This document shows, piece by piece, positions 13,448-27,189 of a DNA stretch of 64,000 nucleotides; within the stretch, counting starts at the first letter, position 1, and every line of letters starts with the position of its first letter. Both the position numbers and the translations under genes were made by a program. Below the pieces are notes generated by a model. It saw only the letters and a program-made list of their open reading frames with translations, was not told where the DNA came from and did no database searches. This DNA is from Curvularia clavata (lineage: Eukaryota): assembly GCA_023920165.1 (NCBI GenBank), contig CP089275.1:248001-312000 (forward strand), read 5' to 3'.

Positions 13448-16400
13448 ATGCCATCGGCCAATCCTTCCCCCTCACACCTCTTGGACCTGGAGGACCTCGA
13501 GTCGGAAAGCGCCCCACTGTTTGTCATCAAGACCGGAGAAATAACCCCAGAGTTCGATATTCTCTTTAGTAATCATTCATTCCGGACGCTTGGACTGCGC
13601 ACCTCCATCCTCGCTCAAGGCAGAGCTCCGCTGCTTTTCCGATCATGGGCACAAGCCGTGCGTAATTTCAAACCCGAATATGAATTCTCCAATAGAATAT
13701 GGAGTGCCGAATGCGCAGGCCGTTCTGGCGATTGGAAGATAATAAAAGCTGTCAGTTCCGAAACTCCTGAAAAGGACCAGCAAATGTTGGATGATGCAAA
13801 GGAAAATGAAGATGGCCATTTCACAACTGATCAGAGCTCGACTTCCATCCGCTCGAGAACACATTTTATCACGCAATACGAAAATGAGAAACCGGAATTG
13901 CTTAAGCACCTACCGTCGACCAACCTCAATGCTAGGTGGGAGAGTATCCAGACAATGATGGAAATGAGTGATGTGGGTGTTTTCGAATACAACTCTCAAG
14001 GAAAACTGGTACACGCAAACGAGGCCTGGTACAGGCTAAGGTATGTAGAACGACAGAACCAGCCCATACGAAAGCATGTTGACTTTCCCCTCAGCTCTCA
14101 CCCCAGAGTAGTCGAGCATTCAGAGTACTCTTTCATGGACCTTGTTTATCCAGAGGATCAAGCGCTTGTCATGTCCATGTGGAATAGCCTAACTCTTGGA
14201 AAACCCGTCACCTTCGAGATGCGTTGGAAGCCACGCCCTGGATCGAAAGATGTCGTTCAGTGGGTGCTTTCAGCTTGTGTGCCTGTCCTTGACGACGATG
14301 GAAATTTGATTAGTATTGCTGGCAATACAATCGACATCAATGCACAGAAGAAGTCACAGGCGGCAGCACAAGCACAGGTAGAGGCTCTTGAGCAGGCGAG
14401 GCTGGCCGAGATGAAATTCACACGCTTTGCCCAAGTCTCTCCTGTGGCAATCTATATCTACCTTCCCGAGAGCGGTACGTCCAAACTACCAGGTATTGTC
14501 TCATACTAACGTCTGGCTAGGTATGAACTTTGTCAATGATCAATTCTTCGAACTAACAGGTCACGCTCACGCGCCGGTTAATCAATTTGAATGGTTTGAC
14601 CTTATAGCTGATGAAGATGTCGCCAGAGTTAAGGATGACTGGGAAAACATGTTCAAAGGTGGCAGATCCAACGGAGTGCAATTTCGTCTAAAAAAGACTT
14701 GGGTAAATCAAGACGGCATAAGCTCAAATATTTGGGTGCAAAGCTCAAGCTACCCAGAATTAGACGAAAGTGGCAAAGTGATAAGTGAGACAGCACTATT
14801 TCGACTATTGAATGTGCTTGCTAAGAGCTACAGGTATCATGGGAACGTTGTTCGATATCTCGCAGTTCAAATGGGCCGAAGATGTTCAACGCCGCCGCAT
14901 AGAGGAAGCATGGGAGGCAAAACGACAACAAGAAAAGTATGGAGCGGCCTTTGAAGACCAATCAAAGAACCTACTGACTGTGGTAGTTTTATCGACATGA
15001 CTTCTCACGAACTGCGTAACCCACTTTCCGCCGTCATACAATGTGCCGATTCAGTCATAGCCTCATTACAGCAACTGCTAGGCCGAGAACTTCTAGCATC
15101 TGGCGAGACTTTTGATTCCGCGAAGGTCGCAGCAGAGATTCGAAGCTGTATTGAATCGCTGCTGATCATTGTGTCATGCTCTATGCATCAGAAGCGGGTC
15201 ATCGACGACGTACTCACCTTATCCAAGCTCGATTCCAACCTCATCTTGATTACCCCAATGCGCGTACAACCTGCGGTGGTAGTCTCAGATGCTGTAAAAA
15301 TGTTTGAAGTTGAATGCAATCAGGCGGACATCAAACTTACATTCAGCATTGATGAGACATTCCAAGGTATAGACTGGGCCATGCTGGATCCATCGCGATT
15401 ATTGCAAGTTCTCATCAATCTACTGTAAGTTTTCCTGATTATACATTGGGAGCTTTGGCTAACAGATCCAGAACAAACGCTATCAAATTCACCAAGGACT
15501 GCTCTAAGAAGGCAATTGCCGTTACTATTGGCGCATCTTGGACCAGGCCCCCGAGATGCTGGCAGGAGATTACATTCACCGACGACGAACGCGACAAATT
15601 CGACGTTACCGATAAGCCAGGGTGGGGAGATGGTCGCAAGGCTTTCATTTGGCTCAAAGTGCAAGACTCCGGATGCGGTATGACTATAGACGAGCAAAAG
15701 AAGCTCTTTGCCCGCTTCTCACAAACCACGCCTCGTACACACGTCAAATACGGCGGGTCCGGCCTGGGGCTATTCATTTCCAAATCGCTCACCAAACTGC
15801 AGGGCGGGGCAATCGGCGTGAGCTCTGCGAAAGGAGAGGGATCAATTTTCGCATTTTATATCAGCATACGGACAGCATACCCACCAGCGGATCAAGTGCA
15901 AGCTCGGCCTGTGCTCAAGCGGACAATGACCGGGGAGGAGGCCATGCGCATGATCAAACTCAATGTCCTCATTGTAGAGGACAACCTCGTGAACCAAAAA
16001 GTGCTCAGAAAACAACTCGAAAAATTCCAATGGAACGTCAGCGTCGCAGGCAACGGGCAGGAAGCACTCGATTGGCTCAAGAAAAGCATATACTGGCAAG
16101 AAGAAGGCGACGAAGTTTCCTCATCGGAGGGAAAACACAGCCTCGACATCATCCTCATGGACATTGAAATGCCCATCATGGACGGTCTCACTTGCGCTCG
16201 TCTGATCCGCGACTACGAGAATCAAGGTCTCCTCGCTTACCCCAACCCAATGTACTCGCCGAACCGCCGTTACTCAGCTGTCTCGGTATCACCTATCCAC
16301 TCACTTTCTTCCTCACCGTTACGGAAAAGTCATTTCTCTGCCACATCCCTCCAGCGTCTACGCAACACACCCTCTCTTCGCCTTCCTATTCTAGCTGTTA

Positions 16401-16552
16401 GTGCGAATGCGCGCATGGAGCAGGTTGAGCAGGCGCTCGCTGCGGGCATGGACGATGCTATTTCCAAACCCTTTCGGGTGCCGGAGTTGTGGCCGAAGAT
16501 TAGAGGGTTGGTGAGGCGAATTGCAGAAGCTAATGCCGCGCTTGAAATGTAG
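13448..16552 (+). CDS. Hybrid histidine kinase (PAS-PAS-HisKA-HATPase-receiver)
   Basis: PAS-like segments, H-box MTSHELRNPL, N-box LLQVLINLL/TNAIKFT, G1 DSGCGM, G2 GGSGLGLFIS, receiver VEDN...LMDIEMP...KPF; about 5 introns. Confidence 0.92.
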
Positions 16553-17059
16553 ACTTTGGTGTTGTTGTGGTTTTCTTGAACGAGTGCTGGGTTTCCAGTA
16601 GAAGGAGTTTAGACATTGGTGTTTTGGAGTGCATGGTGGTGGTTTGTCTGTATACGCATGGACATGGGCGCTTCGAAGTAATGAAGACATGTATCCTTTC
16701 TCTTTTTCTTCGCAACCGAGAAATTTATTAAAAGCGAGTTTCAGGCAAAAATCATACGTTGATTGTTGTGAAGAAAACTCGATATACTTCGTACACTTTG
16801 CGGTTCTGATATTCGTCAGGTCGGCTATGTGGCGGCGGTGGCTGAAGCCAGCCTTGGACCCTGACGCTAGCACGCCACCTTCGGAACTGTCCCATGCATT
16901 CCGACTTAGCTATCGTCAGCTCAGTTGCCTGGACTCGCGTCCTTCTCGACGCTTCTTGTGTCTTCTTGCTGTATTTCCAACCATCTCGCTAAACGGTCTT
17001 GTCTTTGAAACCTATTTTCTGCCACTCTACATACATAACCTTGTCATCCCGCTGCCACC

Positions 17060-18055
17060 ATGACGTCCGCGAACGAATCAAGCTATACCGAGATGAAGGG
17101 CGAAGTAGAAGCTATTGGGGCGCATTGCCAGATGGAGTATTGCAACGTACTCGACTTTCTGCCGTTTCGTTGCGAAAGCTGTAGAGGGTAAGTCACAAAA
17201 ATACCGCCTATCCCTAGCTTGTTGTATATGACTGACATACCTAGGCAATTCTGTCTGGATCACCGCACCGAGAACGCACATAAATGTCCAAAGGCAGGCG
17301 AGTGGGCGCGGCGCAAAGCCGGGAGCAGCGCGCAAGAACTACCTCCAAAACCAACACTATACAACCACGACCAGCAGTGTTCCAACCCCTCGTGTAAGAC
17401 ACTCATCGACACGGCCCGCACCCAAGGTGTCCACTGCGCACGCTGCAACCGGCGATACTGTCTTAAGCACCGATTCGAAGAAGATCACGACTGCAAGAAC
17501 CTCACACCCATTGGCGCGCGGCCCCAAAACTCTGTCCAAGCACGCACGCAAACGGCGCTCTCGAAGCTCAAAGCCTGGGCCGAAAACAAGCGGAAAGAAG
17601 ACGAAAAGCGGAGAGCAGCAGCACCCAAGAAATCAGGCTTCCTGGGCCTGGGCAAGACATCCTCCAGCTCAGCAGCTGTTTCAGCCCAAGCTGAACTCAA
17701 CGCGTTGAAGCGCACAGCAAAGGGCGAGGCCAGCGTGCCCCAGGACAAGCGGATATACCTGCACGTCGAGGCCTCGGCTGATACAACAAAAGCAAAGTAT
17801 CCAACAGGGAAGTTCTTCTACAACAAGGAATGGACAGTAGGTCGTGTGCTTGATATGGCGGCCAAGGCGCTGCAGGTCCAGAATGTGAATAATCGGGGTG
17901 GCGGTGAGGAAGAGAAGTTACGTGTCTTTCATGTTGAGGGCGGCAGGCTGCTCAAGTTTAGCGAGAAGATTGGTGAGGCGTGCCAGAGTGGGAACATGAT
18001 TGTTTTATTGCGCGGTGTAGGCTCGGGCGAGGCACCGGATTTAATTGATTTGTAG
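17060..18055 (+). CDS. AN1-type zinc finger protein with C-terminal ubiquitin-like domain (Cuz1/ZFAND1-like)
   Basis: Exon 1 GAHCQMEYCNVLDFLPFRCESC, then FCLDHRTENAHKC, a second AN1 finger (C..C...YCLKHRFEEDHDC) and C-terminal EWTVGRVLD. Confidence 0.88.
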
Positions 18056-18857
18056 GGAATATTTGGAGGAGTACGTTAGTTGTTGTGGATGGGAGAGAGC
18101 GCCCGCTGTTTCTGTTGCCAGTGTAGAGGTAGATTTGGCGTTTTTTTTTTGAGTTTGGATTTCTGCACTGGAGAGATACCCAGGATCCTTGTTATGATGT
18201 CAATGATTGAGTAGAGTGTATCTTAGGTTAGATGCGATTTGAGTAAGAGGGGTGCCATAGTGGAGTGATTAGTTTCGGTCTTCACATGATACTCTACGTT
18301 TCTGTCTTGTTATGTTCAAATTACATGTGCTGCTTGAAGAACCATATATGGTTGCAGCTTTCTCATGCCACATGAGTAACATCTTTAGACATTTCGTTCA
18401 TCTCGAATGTAGTGATTACGATTCACAGTTTACTACTAATATCTACTAGTATCTATCGCGGGCATCGAGCACTTCGATAGCCCAAAAGTCCATATATACC
18501 CCATCCTCCTCTATGTTGGTGCTGTGACCTAGAGGTATTTGGACTCCATCATCCTGGTGCCATATTTACACAGCTACTTTGTCATTTGTAGCTACTTTCC
18601 TCCTTTCATCTCATGTTCGATCAAACGTTACGCCTCGAGACACTTTCCGGTCTTGGGCAACTCCGTAGACTCTTACAGACGGCGTGCGCGTCGATCGCGG
18701 TGCGGCTATTGCAGCTCGGCGGTTGGAGTTATGTTACCCAAGTGTCGTTTTGGCCATGCGTACATGACATATTTGCTTGAGACGCTTGCTTCTGCGTTCT
18801 TTCTTTTGTTTTGCTCAGCATGTTTGGCTTTATCGCAGTTTCGTTTTGGTGCGGGCT

Positions 18858-19394
18858 TCAATCGGCATTGGACGCGAAGTTGCGGCATTTTAGGCTGTGT
18901 ATCTTTGTTCCCCAGCCGATGCTGCCAAGGTTGTTCACGCCATCAGGGACAGTGAGATATTGGTCCAAGTTGGTGTCGCCTCCGCAGCTGTAGTTGCTAT
19001 TCCCACATGTTAGCCACCTAGACCACCAGCCACACTCTTTAACATCGCAACTCACTCGTAAAACCTGCAATTCCAATAGTCGTCGCGTTGCAGCACGGTT
19101 GCGACATCATGGCCACCTACTAGAATGCTTTGTACGCGCCCGTCGATGCTTGGGTGATGTTAGTATCAGTCCAACCAGGGGAAGCGCTGCTTTGGGCACA
19201 TACAGGTTGTTGTCAAGCGACAGACACTGGTTGTTGTACGCGTCGACGCTAACTTCACTCAGAAACGAGGGCGCGGCAAACAGCTGGACCTTGATCTTGC
19301 TCGGCGTTATGGTGTCGCTGGCTGTGACGAGTGCCGCCCATGACAGCAGCAGCGCGGACAAAGGACCGAGTCGAGTGGCGGGTAACACCATCAT
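18858..19394 (-). CDS. Small secreted protein, 3 exons, beta/gamma-crystallin-like 4-Cys pattern
   Basis: Signal peptide. Canonical introns at about 19203-19149 and 19056-18997 give QCLSLDNNLIDGRVQSI...WNCRFYDNYSC...PDGVNNLGSIGWGTKIHSLKC. Confidence 0.65.
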
Positions 19395-20659
19395 GTCAGC
19401 GGCATCCAGAACAACAGCAAATAGCGACGGGCAACAAGCGATTCGAACCAGGGTGCGGGGCGCGTATCGTAGGGCAGTGGGCGATGTGCGAAGGGATGGG
19501 TTGAGGTTGGGGTGCGTGGGTCAGCAGGAGAGAACTGAAGTCGGCAATGACGCCGCTGCGCCATTGGCGTGGCGTCAGCACGCAGCTTGATTGGCTGCAA
19601 CTTGCACCGCCTCATTCACTAGTACCACACCGTGATGCAAGGCTGACAGCCAAGAAGCAACCTGCAGCCTTTAACCCTGGCAGTCACCGCAGGCTTATCG
19701 CTCGTACTTTGTATTTCGATTGCGAATGTCTTAAGCCGGTATCGCTTGTGCTAGAATAGATTGGCCGACGTAGTTCCCTTTTCAAATCAGGACAATGTTG
19801 GAACGCATAGAAACATTGAACTTCTATGTACGCCCATGCCTCGCATGGAGCTACCTCAGGGTACGGAGATATTTCCTTAGGGTCCTGAATACAGGCAACC
19901 TACAATGGTGCTGGGTGTCTGAAAAATATTAGAACATGGTACGCGTGTTTGATGCGCACAGGTATCAGAGCAAAGCTCGTTTATACGATCGCCATAAGCG
20001 GCAAACTTCGTTACTATGATGTAGACATAGAAGCTAATCATAGACAGCAGATTTCTCACTCTTGCTATCCAAATCTATCAGATATTCACATGGGTCCCAT
20101 TATCTACTAACCTGCATCGAGTACTCGTTTCACTCGGGTCGCGTTCCAAACCATGCCTAGCTGTCTTACGCAGTGCCGGCAACCGTTCCCAATTCTTTTC
20201 CGCATCAATTGTGCCCTGCGGGATACCAATTTGAGTATCTGGTATATATCGTGACAGAGTACCCACACCAGCTCCATAGTTACGATATCCATCTTACAAC
20301 ATTCTGTACTTCAGACGGCAAGCTTTAATCATAAACAAAGTCTACATCAAGGACGAAACAACTTCGTCACTCACTCTGACGTGCTCGCAAGCCGAGAAAA
20401 AAAAAACCCCTGCACATGGTGAGCACTAGTCTTCGTATTGTCGGATGAGTCCAAGCGCAAAAATCACAACGCGCCATGGGATTCCGGGTAACGGGAGCTA
20501 GAGAAACCCGGGTATACGGATAGATGGACCATTGCGCCCTGATTAAAGTTTTGACATCTTGGTCAGTAAATATAATACACGTTCTATAAATATTATCCTC
20601 TGTACGTATCAAGTGCATCAGGATAGGTGCATGCCCATGTTCGTCGATAGCGCTTTTTT

Positions 20660-21985
20660 TTATAACATATCCCTCGTTACCGTGACATTTGTCGTAACAA
20701 TCACATTATCTTTTCCATCTTGTGTTCGGCCCTCATCAGTAGTTCCAGTTGGAGTAGGACTCCCCTTTCGGTCCTGAAAAGTAAGTTCCAGCTCGTCTTC
20801 TGACGGTCCGCCCCGCACATGCGACGTATAAGTTTCCAAGCCGGATGGGTCTATTCGGTGCGACGGTCCAGATATGTAGCCTGTGTTACTCCGGTTCGTG
20901 TTTGAAGGAGATGAGCGCATGATGAGCGATTTGAAGAAAGGGAGTGAGACGACAATGACGGCTGTGCACATTTCAGCGGTGCACCAGAGATCTAATGGCC
21001 CTTGTCAGCAAGTTGCATTGTTGGGTGGTTTTTCATGACTTTTCTTTCTTGGTAAACTTACTGCCATCTGCATCGGAAACGTCGTAGTCCTGGGCGTAGA
21101 CAATGAATCGTGCCAAACTGATCGCCATGGTGATAGCACCTAGTGAGAAGATACCCACTAGGCCGAGCTTCTGTCGTTTCCGGAGCTTGAGACAGTTTAC
21201 AACAAAGAAAGGGAGGATGAATACTGTAGTTTTTTGTTAGTCAAATAGCGATTACTCGACGGTCAAGCACACATACGCAGTAGGTCAGTGACAAAATTCA
21301 GAACCCAGTTGACCACCAAATCGGCGAAAGTATTCCATGCCGACGAGAGCTGATTTTCGATGGACCTAACACCCTCAGTCAGAAACAGATCTCACAGAGC
21401 ATCGCATTAGTCGGACCATACCAGTTATCAGAGATCTTGGGTGCTATCAGAGTATCCGACAATATACTTGCCACAAAGCAAGAGGCTACGATAGCCGTGG
21501 TGATGTAGATCGCGATTCGAAGACGACGGAAGCCCGCTGGAATCAACCACCAGTAAAACGAGACAAGTGACGCCTTGGGGAAATAAAGACCTGTATCGAA
21601 GAAGTATATGGATGCGAAGACAGTCTAGCCAAAGCTCAGTTAACTTTTGTCCCTAGTTTGAGTGAAATTCACAGTGTGGCGCAGATGTACCTTGAGGTAA
21701 TCAACCGAGTCGCTTCGTGTCTCTTCGTCTAATGGATGATCGACCAGAATGAACAGAGCTCGAGTTGAGCATATGAACCATCCCAAAGTGCAGAAGAATC
21801 CTCCCCACACGAGCCAGTCGATGTGTGTCAATTTGCGATGCTCCAGAAAAACACGGATCCAACATCTCATGAGGGTGACGGCAAACGCGATGGCAACCAG
21901 AATCGCCTGACACACCTGCACAAAGTGAGTAAAACATCTTTCAGAGTTCAGAGAATGGTCTTACCACAGACGTAATGATCTCCAT
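20660..21985 (-). CDS. PTH11-like / rhodopsin-domain integral membrane protein (multi-exon)
   Basis: TM segments with RCWIR...DWLVW, YFPKASLVAFYW, NFVTDLL, KLGLVGIFSLGAITMAISLARF, LWCTAEMCTAVIVVSLP. Confidence 0.8.
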
Positions 21986-23780
21986 TGTGATGGGAACAAC
22001 CACAAGTGGTTCACTTAGTGGAGATACATGTGGCTCCACTGGGAATACGAAGAGGAAGAGGGGAGAAAGGAACAAGCGTCTGTCGCATGTTTAACGTTTC
22101 CACCGCTGCATATACATCTGCAGCAAAATCCAGGGCTTTTTGCCCCCGCGGAAAGGGATGGGCAGTGCTACGAGTCGTCAGTCGAGGTCCCCCTCGTCGG
22201 GCGGGCTATGTCTCGCATCGGGGTATGCAATCCACGACGTCCTAGATCGCCTTTAGCGTTGAACCTTGCGGCCGAAATGATAATCATCCGACGCTAAAGG
22301 ATATTTGCCGTCGAATAGCGGCAATGACAAAATTGTTCCCAACAAGCCTTGTTCTGTAACCCCGAACTACTCCAGAGTGCGGTGACGTTAGTGACCGCAT
22401 TGTCACCGGTGACAGGACAAGGGGAGGTGATTCGCCTTCTGCAGGAGCGATGAAACGTTATCAGCATGTGATCAGGCCTAGAGTGATCTTTCTTCAAAAT
22501 AACATTTGAATGTACATCTTATCAATGTCGTGCCGAAGAATAGCCCCATTTCTGCAGCCACGTTCGGGACTTGCAACGCCAGCCGGAATAGTTTTCGGTG
22601 GAAGACGATTTAATATCCGAATGGCGTGGAACAGACGTCCAGCTCCAGAAGGTCCAGCGTCCAGAAGGACCTGCGTCAGTACCAGCTTTTGAGACGCCAA
22701 AACTTTTAAACTTTGAGCTAGCACCACGCGTTGATGCGTAGTGTACCGCAGATGGTAACGAATCGCGAGCAACGGAGATCGAGACACCTGCCACGCGGCG
22801 GTTGGTACCACAGACAGGGAAAATCGTGTATAGTGGGTTTTTGTGGCTTGTGTCGAGCCTTCTCATTGGGATCAATTAGAATTGGATCTTTTCAAGAGCG
22901 GGAGACATTGTATCCTTGACTCGCGACCCAGCCTGTTGGGGACTTGGCGGGGCCGCGGGGTCGCGGACAGCCCAATGATGGCCACCTACTATCGCTAAAG
23001 CCATCAGAGCTTAAAGTAGCCTTCGCTTCCGCCGATCAAGTTCTTGCCGACTGGTACACGCAACGGCATGACTTTTGTGATGCCGTTGAGCAACAAGGTC
23101 AGGTCCTGTGGCATTGCATATCTCATATCTTGGTATCCTGTACCCTCTATCGAAGTATTCAGCCACCACGCTCTGACTTGTAAACATCGGGCGTTTGATG
23201 CAAATTATAGAAGATCACATCTTATTGATACTACCATATTCGACATATTGGAGATAGTACCACAGAGAAAACGCTACCAAAATTGGCCGCCTGCTGTCAC
23301 CGAGAAAAGACCGCTCAATCGAAGATGCGAGGTAAAGATGTGGGAATGTTTGCGTAAGCCGATGACTTTTGACACAGCTGTTGATCCGTGTGTCGAACAG
23401 GACATGATCAGAAGTTGTGTTGGCGATGTAGTTTTGAGTACGTATGTGAGGTGCGGCATGTTGGTGTTCCAGCGGAAGACCCTGCGTCCGCTATTCCGCC
23501 ATGATGTGCATGTCAGGGAGTAACATGCCAGGGGATTAGACCCATTGTCTCTACACCTAAATCTGGATTCTGAGTCGAGAGCGGCAGACAGTCCAGCTGA
23601 AGGATATGCAATTACGTCAAGACCGGCATTAGGGCTTCTGGAATGATAAAACCGAGACTGTGTGCCGAGGTATGTAGATTGGAGTGTGCTAGGTAGGGGC
23701 GCATTCATCTTGTCTTCTAGTTGGCGCACCACTAACCTTGACCTTCGAATGCTTAAAACTGCTAGCAGCAAACGGCGTGT

Positions 23781-24945
23781 TCAGGACTGTGGATGATCTC
23801 CTTCAGCTAGCATCGGCGGGTCGCTAGCGTTGCCATTGGCCTCCTGGTTGACAGCTGGGTTCTTTCGACCCCATTTGCCTTTGTATTTGCCGCCTTGCTG
23901 TTTGATTCTCTCTTTTTTGGTGTCGGCCACCCATTCTCCACGAAACCTCTGCCTCGGTTTTGCTTCTTCTTCCTCGATTTTACGCTTTGCGTTTGCATCT
24001 CTTCCGTTGACATGTCCAGCAACAACAGGGTTGGCATTGACCCAGCTTTCAAGTTGTGGTCTAAGCTTTGGCCCCCAGACGTGCTCACCAGCTTCGAGTT
24101 CCGCATATGTTAGCGCGGATATGAAATTTGGCGACTCAGGTGGATTGCACGTAGTGAAGTCGGCTTGTCGCGTTCGGAGTAGGGATGTCATGTGCGAGTA
24201 GGTGTCACATGCTCTACCGAGGTCGTAGGCGAAGCTGCGGACATAAAACCCTGAAGATACTGTGAGGCCTATTTTCGCTGCAGGTGCCAAGGCTGTCTCG
24301 GCCTTGCCGGGCCAAGTGAAGGAGTGTTGTCCTGCTTCATACCATTCCAGGAGTTTGCACTCGTCGACATGCATCTCCCGACTTTCTAGTTCTCGCGGTA
24401 AATCTTTGCCTTGACGGGCATACTCGCAAGCCTTCATACCATTGATCTTCAGTGCAGAATACAAGGGAGGTGTCTGCCGTATCGATCCCCTGAAGTCTGC
24501 AAGTTTTTCATCAACTAGCTCTTTGGTCACATGTGAATATTCTGCTTCGTGAGTAATGGCACCAGTGCAATCATATGTATCTGTGCCCGCACCAAATAGT
24601 ACAGTGGTCTCGTAAGACTTGGTGCAGGCTAGATATTTTGAAAGCTGTTTTGTGCCACGCCCGATGCCTACGATGAGAACTCCAGCAGCCAGAGGATCTA
24701 GGGTTCCCCCATGGCCAAGACGAAACACTTGATCTGCAGATTTGCTTGTACGTTTGGGTTGCGTCCTGAGTAATGGCGCGAATGTTGCTGACGGTGCAAA
24801 GGTTGCTTGCAATTTGAGAAGAACATCTGCAGATGAGACGTTTGCCGGTTTAGCAACAGCTACGCATTCGTCAGGTTTGAGGGAATATGAAAGAATAAAG
24901 CAACGCACCAAATATGCCCTCCAAGACCCTCTCTGCGTCATCCAT
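23781..24945 (-). CDS. pus4: tRNA pseudouridine-55 synthase (TruB/Pus4 family)
   Basis: EGIF/AVAKP, GHGGTLDPLA (catalytic Asp), TDTYD, QTPPLYSALKINGMKACEYAR, VSSGFYVRS. Confidence 0.88.
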
Positions 24946-25293
24946 GGTAGAACACAGATCACGTTTGGTGGCGTTGCATATAATCAGGAGCAAGCAGTGC
25001 CAATGCGATGGAAAAAGAACTGCTGACCAGGGCCTGGACCGCGGGGCTAGCGCCAATCCTTCACCCCACTAAACACGCCCACACGCCCTACGCCCTACAC
25101 ACAAAGAGACCGGGGATATGCACACCACATCGCAACTGCACATGAGAGGACGCAGCCAACAGGCATACGCTTTCTAGGCCGTCTTGGGCGCAAGCGCTGT
25201 AGTGATATGAACTAGTAGGTACGTTGTTGTGGAAGGATAGGTATCGGTTTGGTCTCTTCATCGTGACCTGGTTCGTACTCTCACTTTCTCCTG

Positions 25294-26958
25294 ATGATGG
25301 AACAACAACGTGTGGATGATTGGGAACCTCCGTTATGGAACGAAAATGAAGTTGATCCATCCTGGTTTCAGGAATTCCTAGCTACGGATGTGACGCAGGA
25401 TGCAACTACTACCGCATCCACGTTACCCGCCGCATTCGTCTTCGATACACTGACCAGCGACATCAACTGCGAGGACTTGGATTCCGGAACCGGATCCGTG
25501 CCATCAGGAGCTATTGATTTGACAAGTTTCACATCAGATGCTGTTCTCAGCCAACCGATCGAAAGCCATCACCGACCCCCGGTGCCACGACAACGTACTC
25601 TTCCGCGCCGTCGGAGCAAGTACATGATTCGAAGATCAGTGGGAACATCTAGCCCTATTGCTATACCTGTCAGCAATCCTCAATATGAGTACGAACAAGA
25701 GCAATCTCTTGCGATGCACCGATGGCGGAATTCGCCACCTGAGGACGAGGCAGCATCTTTGACTGCCATATGCAACGCTCTCGACGGCCGAACTCTAGAT
25801 GTCTCCCCCAGAAATAGTCAGCAGTACAGCCGTAATGCTTTTCAAAAGTATCGAGGCCCGTCTTCGACAACCAGTCTTGAAAGTGCTGGCAGCGAATCTT
25901 CGTTACGATCAGGAAATTCTAGCCATTCTGCTACTTCGCAAAAACGTCGTAGTCAAACCAGAACACGTCCTAAAGGGAAAGCCAAAATCAAAAACTCAAA
26001 CGACCCAGAGCGCATATTCAAATGTACTTTCTGTTGCGATACGTTCAAAACCAAGTATGACTGGGCGCGACACGAGAAGTCCTTGCATCTAAACATGGAG
26101 GAGTGGGTATGTACGCCACACGGGGCTTCTGTCGTGCTTCCTCTGACAGGCAGAGTTCATTGTGCCTATTGCAGTGCACTTGATCCTACCCCTAGCCACT
26201 TGCAACAGCATAATCATATGGCTTGTGACAATGGCCGATCTACGCCTCGGATATTTCGCCGAAAGGACCATCTCGTTCAACATCTTCGTCTAGTTCATGG
26301 GTTGGACACACTACCTCTGATAGACGACTGGAAGCTTGATTCAGCTCCAGTCACATCCCGTTGTGGCATCTGTGATATTTCTCTCAGTAGCTGGGATGAA
26401 CGAGCAGACCACTTAACCGCACATTTTCGAGAGGGCAAGACAATGGAGGATTGGAAAGGTGAACATGGCTTCGAGCCTGCCGTTACTGCTCGTGTTGCCA
26501 ACGCATTCCCACCCTATCTTATAGCATCTCAAGCAAAAACGGTCATCCCCTTTTCTGCTACGAATCCAGGGTCAATTGATCACACTAATCAACTCATCTC
26601 ACATCTTCAACTGGAAGAAGCAACTTCGGCACTTCGTACGGAGGACATGCGGGATGAGGACGATCCAACTTTGGACGAGTCATTGGCTGCGCTTCGAACA
26701 TTGTCATTTCAACACAACTATGATTTTGCGAAGGCTCTCACTAGCCATCTTAGCCATTTCGCGAGACAGCAGATGCTCTCAGGAATCATACCCACAGACG
26801 AGATGTTTCAACGGGAGTCACGACGGCTTTTCTATCAAGATGAAGAGGACGGCTGGAACCAGACGATAGCTGATAATCCAAATTGGCTATTGGATTTCCG
26901 TCAGCAAGGTGGTTTTATCGACAGCCAATCAGGCGCCAGCAACTCGCCGGGGCTATGA
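25294..26958 (+). CDS. C2H2 zinc-finger transcription factor-like protein
   Basis: RWRNSPPEDE, FKCTFCCDTFKTKYDWARHEKSLH, CAYC, FRRKDHLVQHLRLVH, SRCGIC...WDERADHLTAHF; intronless. Confidence 0.82.
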   Translation: MMEQQRVDDWEPPLWNENEVDPSWFQEFLATDVTQDATTTASTLPAAFVFDTLTSDINCEDLDSGTGSVPSGAIDLTSFTSDAVLSQPIESHHRPPVPRQRTLPRRRSKYMIRRSVGTSSPIAIPVSNPQYEYEQEQSLAMHRWRNSPPEDEAASLTAICNALDGRTLDVSPRNSQQYSRNAFQKYRGPSSTTSLESAGSESSLRSGNSSHSATSQKRRSQTRTRPKGKAKIKNSNDPERIFKCTFCCDTFKTKYDWARHEKSLHLNMEEWVCTPHGASVVLPLTGRVHCAYCSALDPTPSHLQQHNHMACDNGRSTPRIFRRKDHLVQHLRLVHGLDTLPLIDDWKLDSAPVTSRCGICDISLSSWDERADHLTAHFREGKTMEDWKGEHGFEPAVTARVANAFPPYLIASQAKTVIPFSATNPGSIDHTNQLISHLQLEEATSALRTEDMRDEDDPTLDESLAALRTLSFQHNYDFAKALTSHLSHFARQQMLSGIIPTDEMFQRESRRLFYQDEEDGWNQTIADNPNWLLDFRQQGGFIDSQSGASNSPGL

Positions 26959-27189
26959 TAAAGTCCTGTGTGTGTGTGTGCGTGCTGGAAATACGAATCC
27001 TCGTGGTTTCGGTGTAATAGCGGTCATAGCTAAAATCGCTAAATCGCCGAGGGAGATATGTTAGCCTAGGATGTCGGTGTACAACAATCATGTGGAGAAT
27101 ACGATTTCACCGAGAAATGCCGAGATAAATTAATGGCCGTTGCCTGTGGGGCATAACCACATATTTGCGTTACGTATACTTTCAAATGC

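Noticed and set aside
22000..23780. Short ORFs in the intergenic stretch between the PTH11-like gene and pus4
   Set aside because: No recognisable domain, splice pattern or RNA-gene structure.
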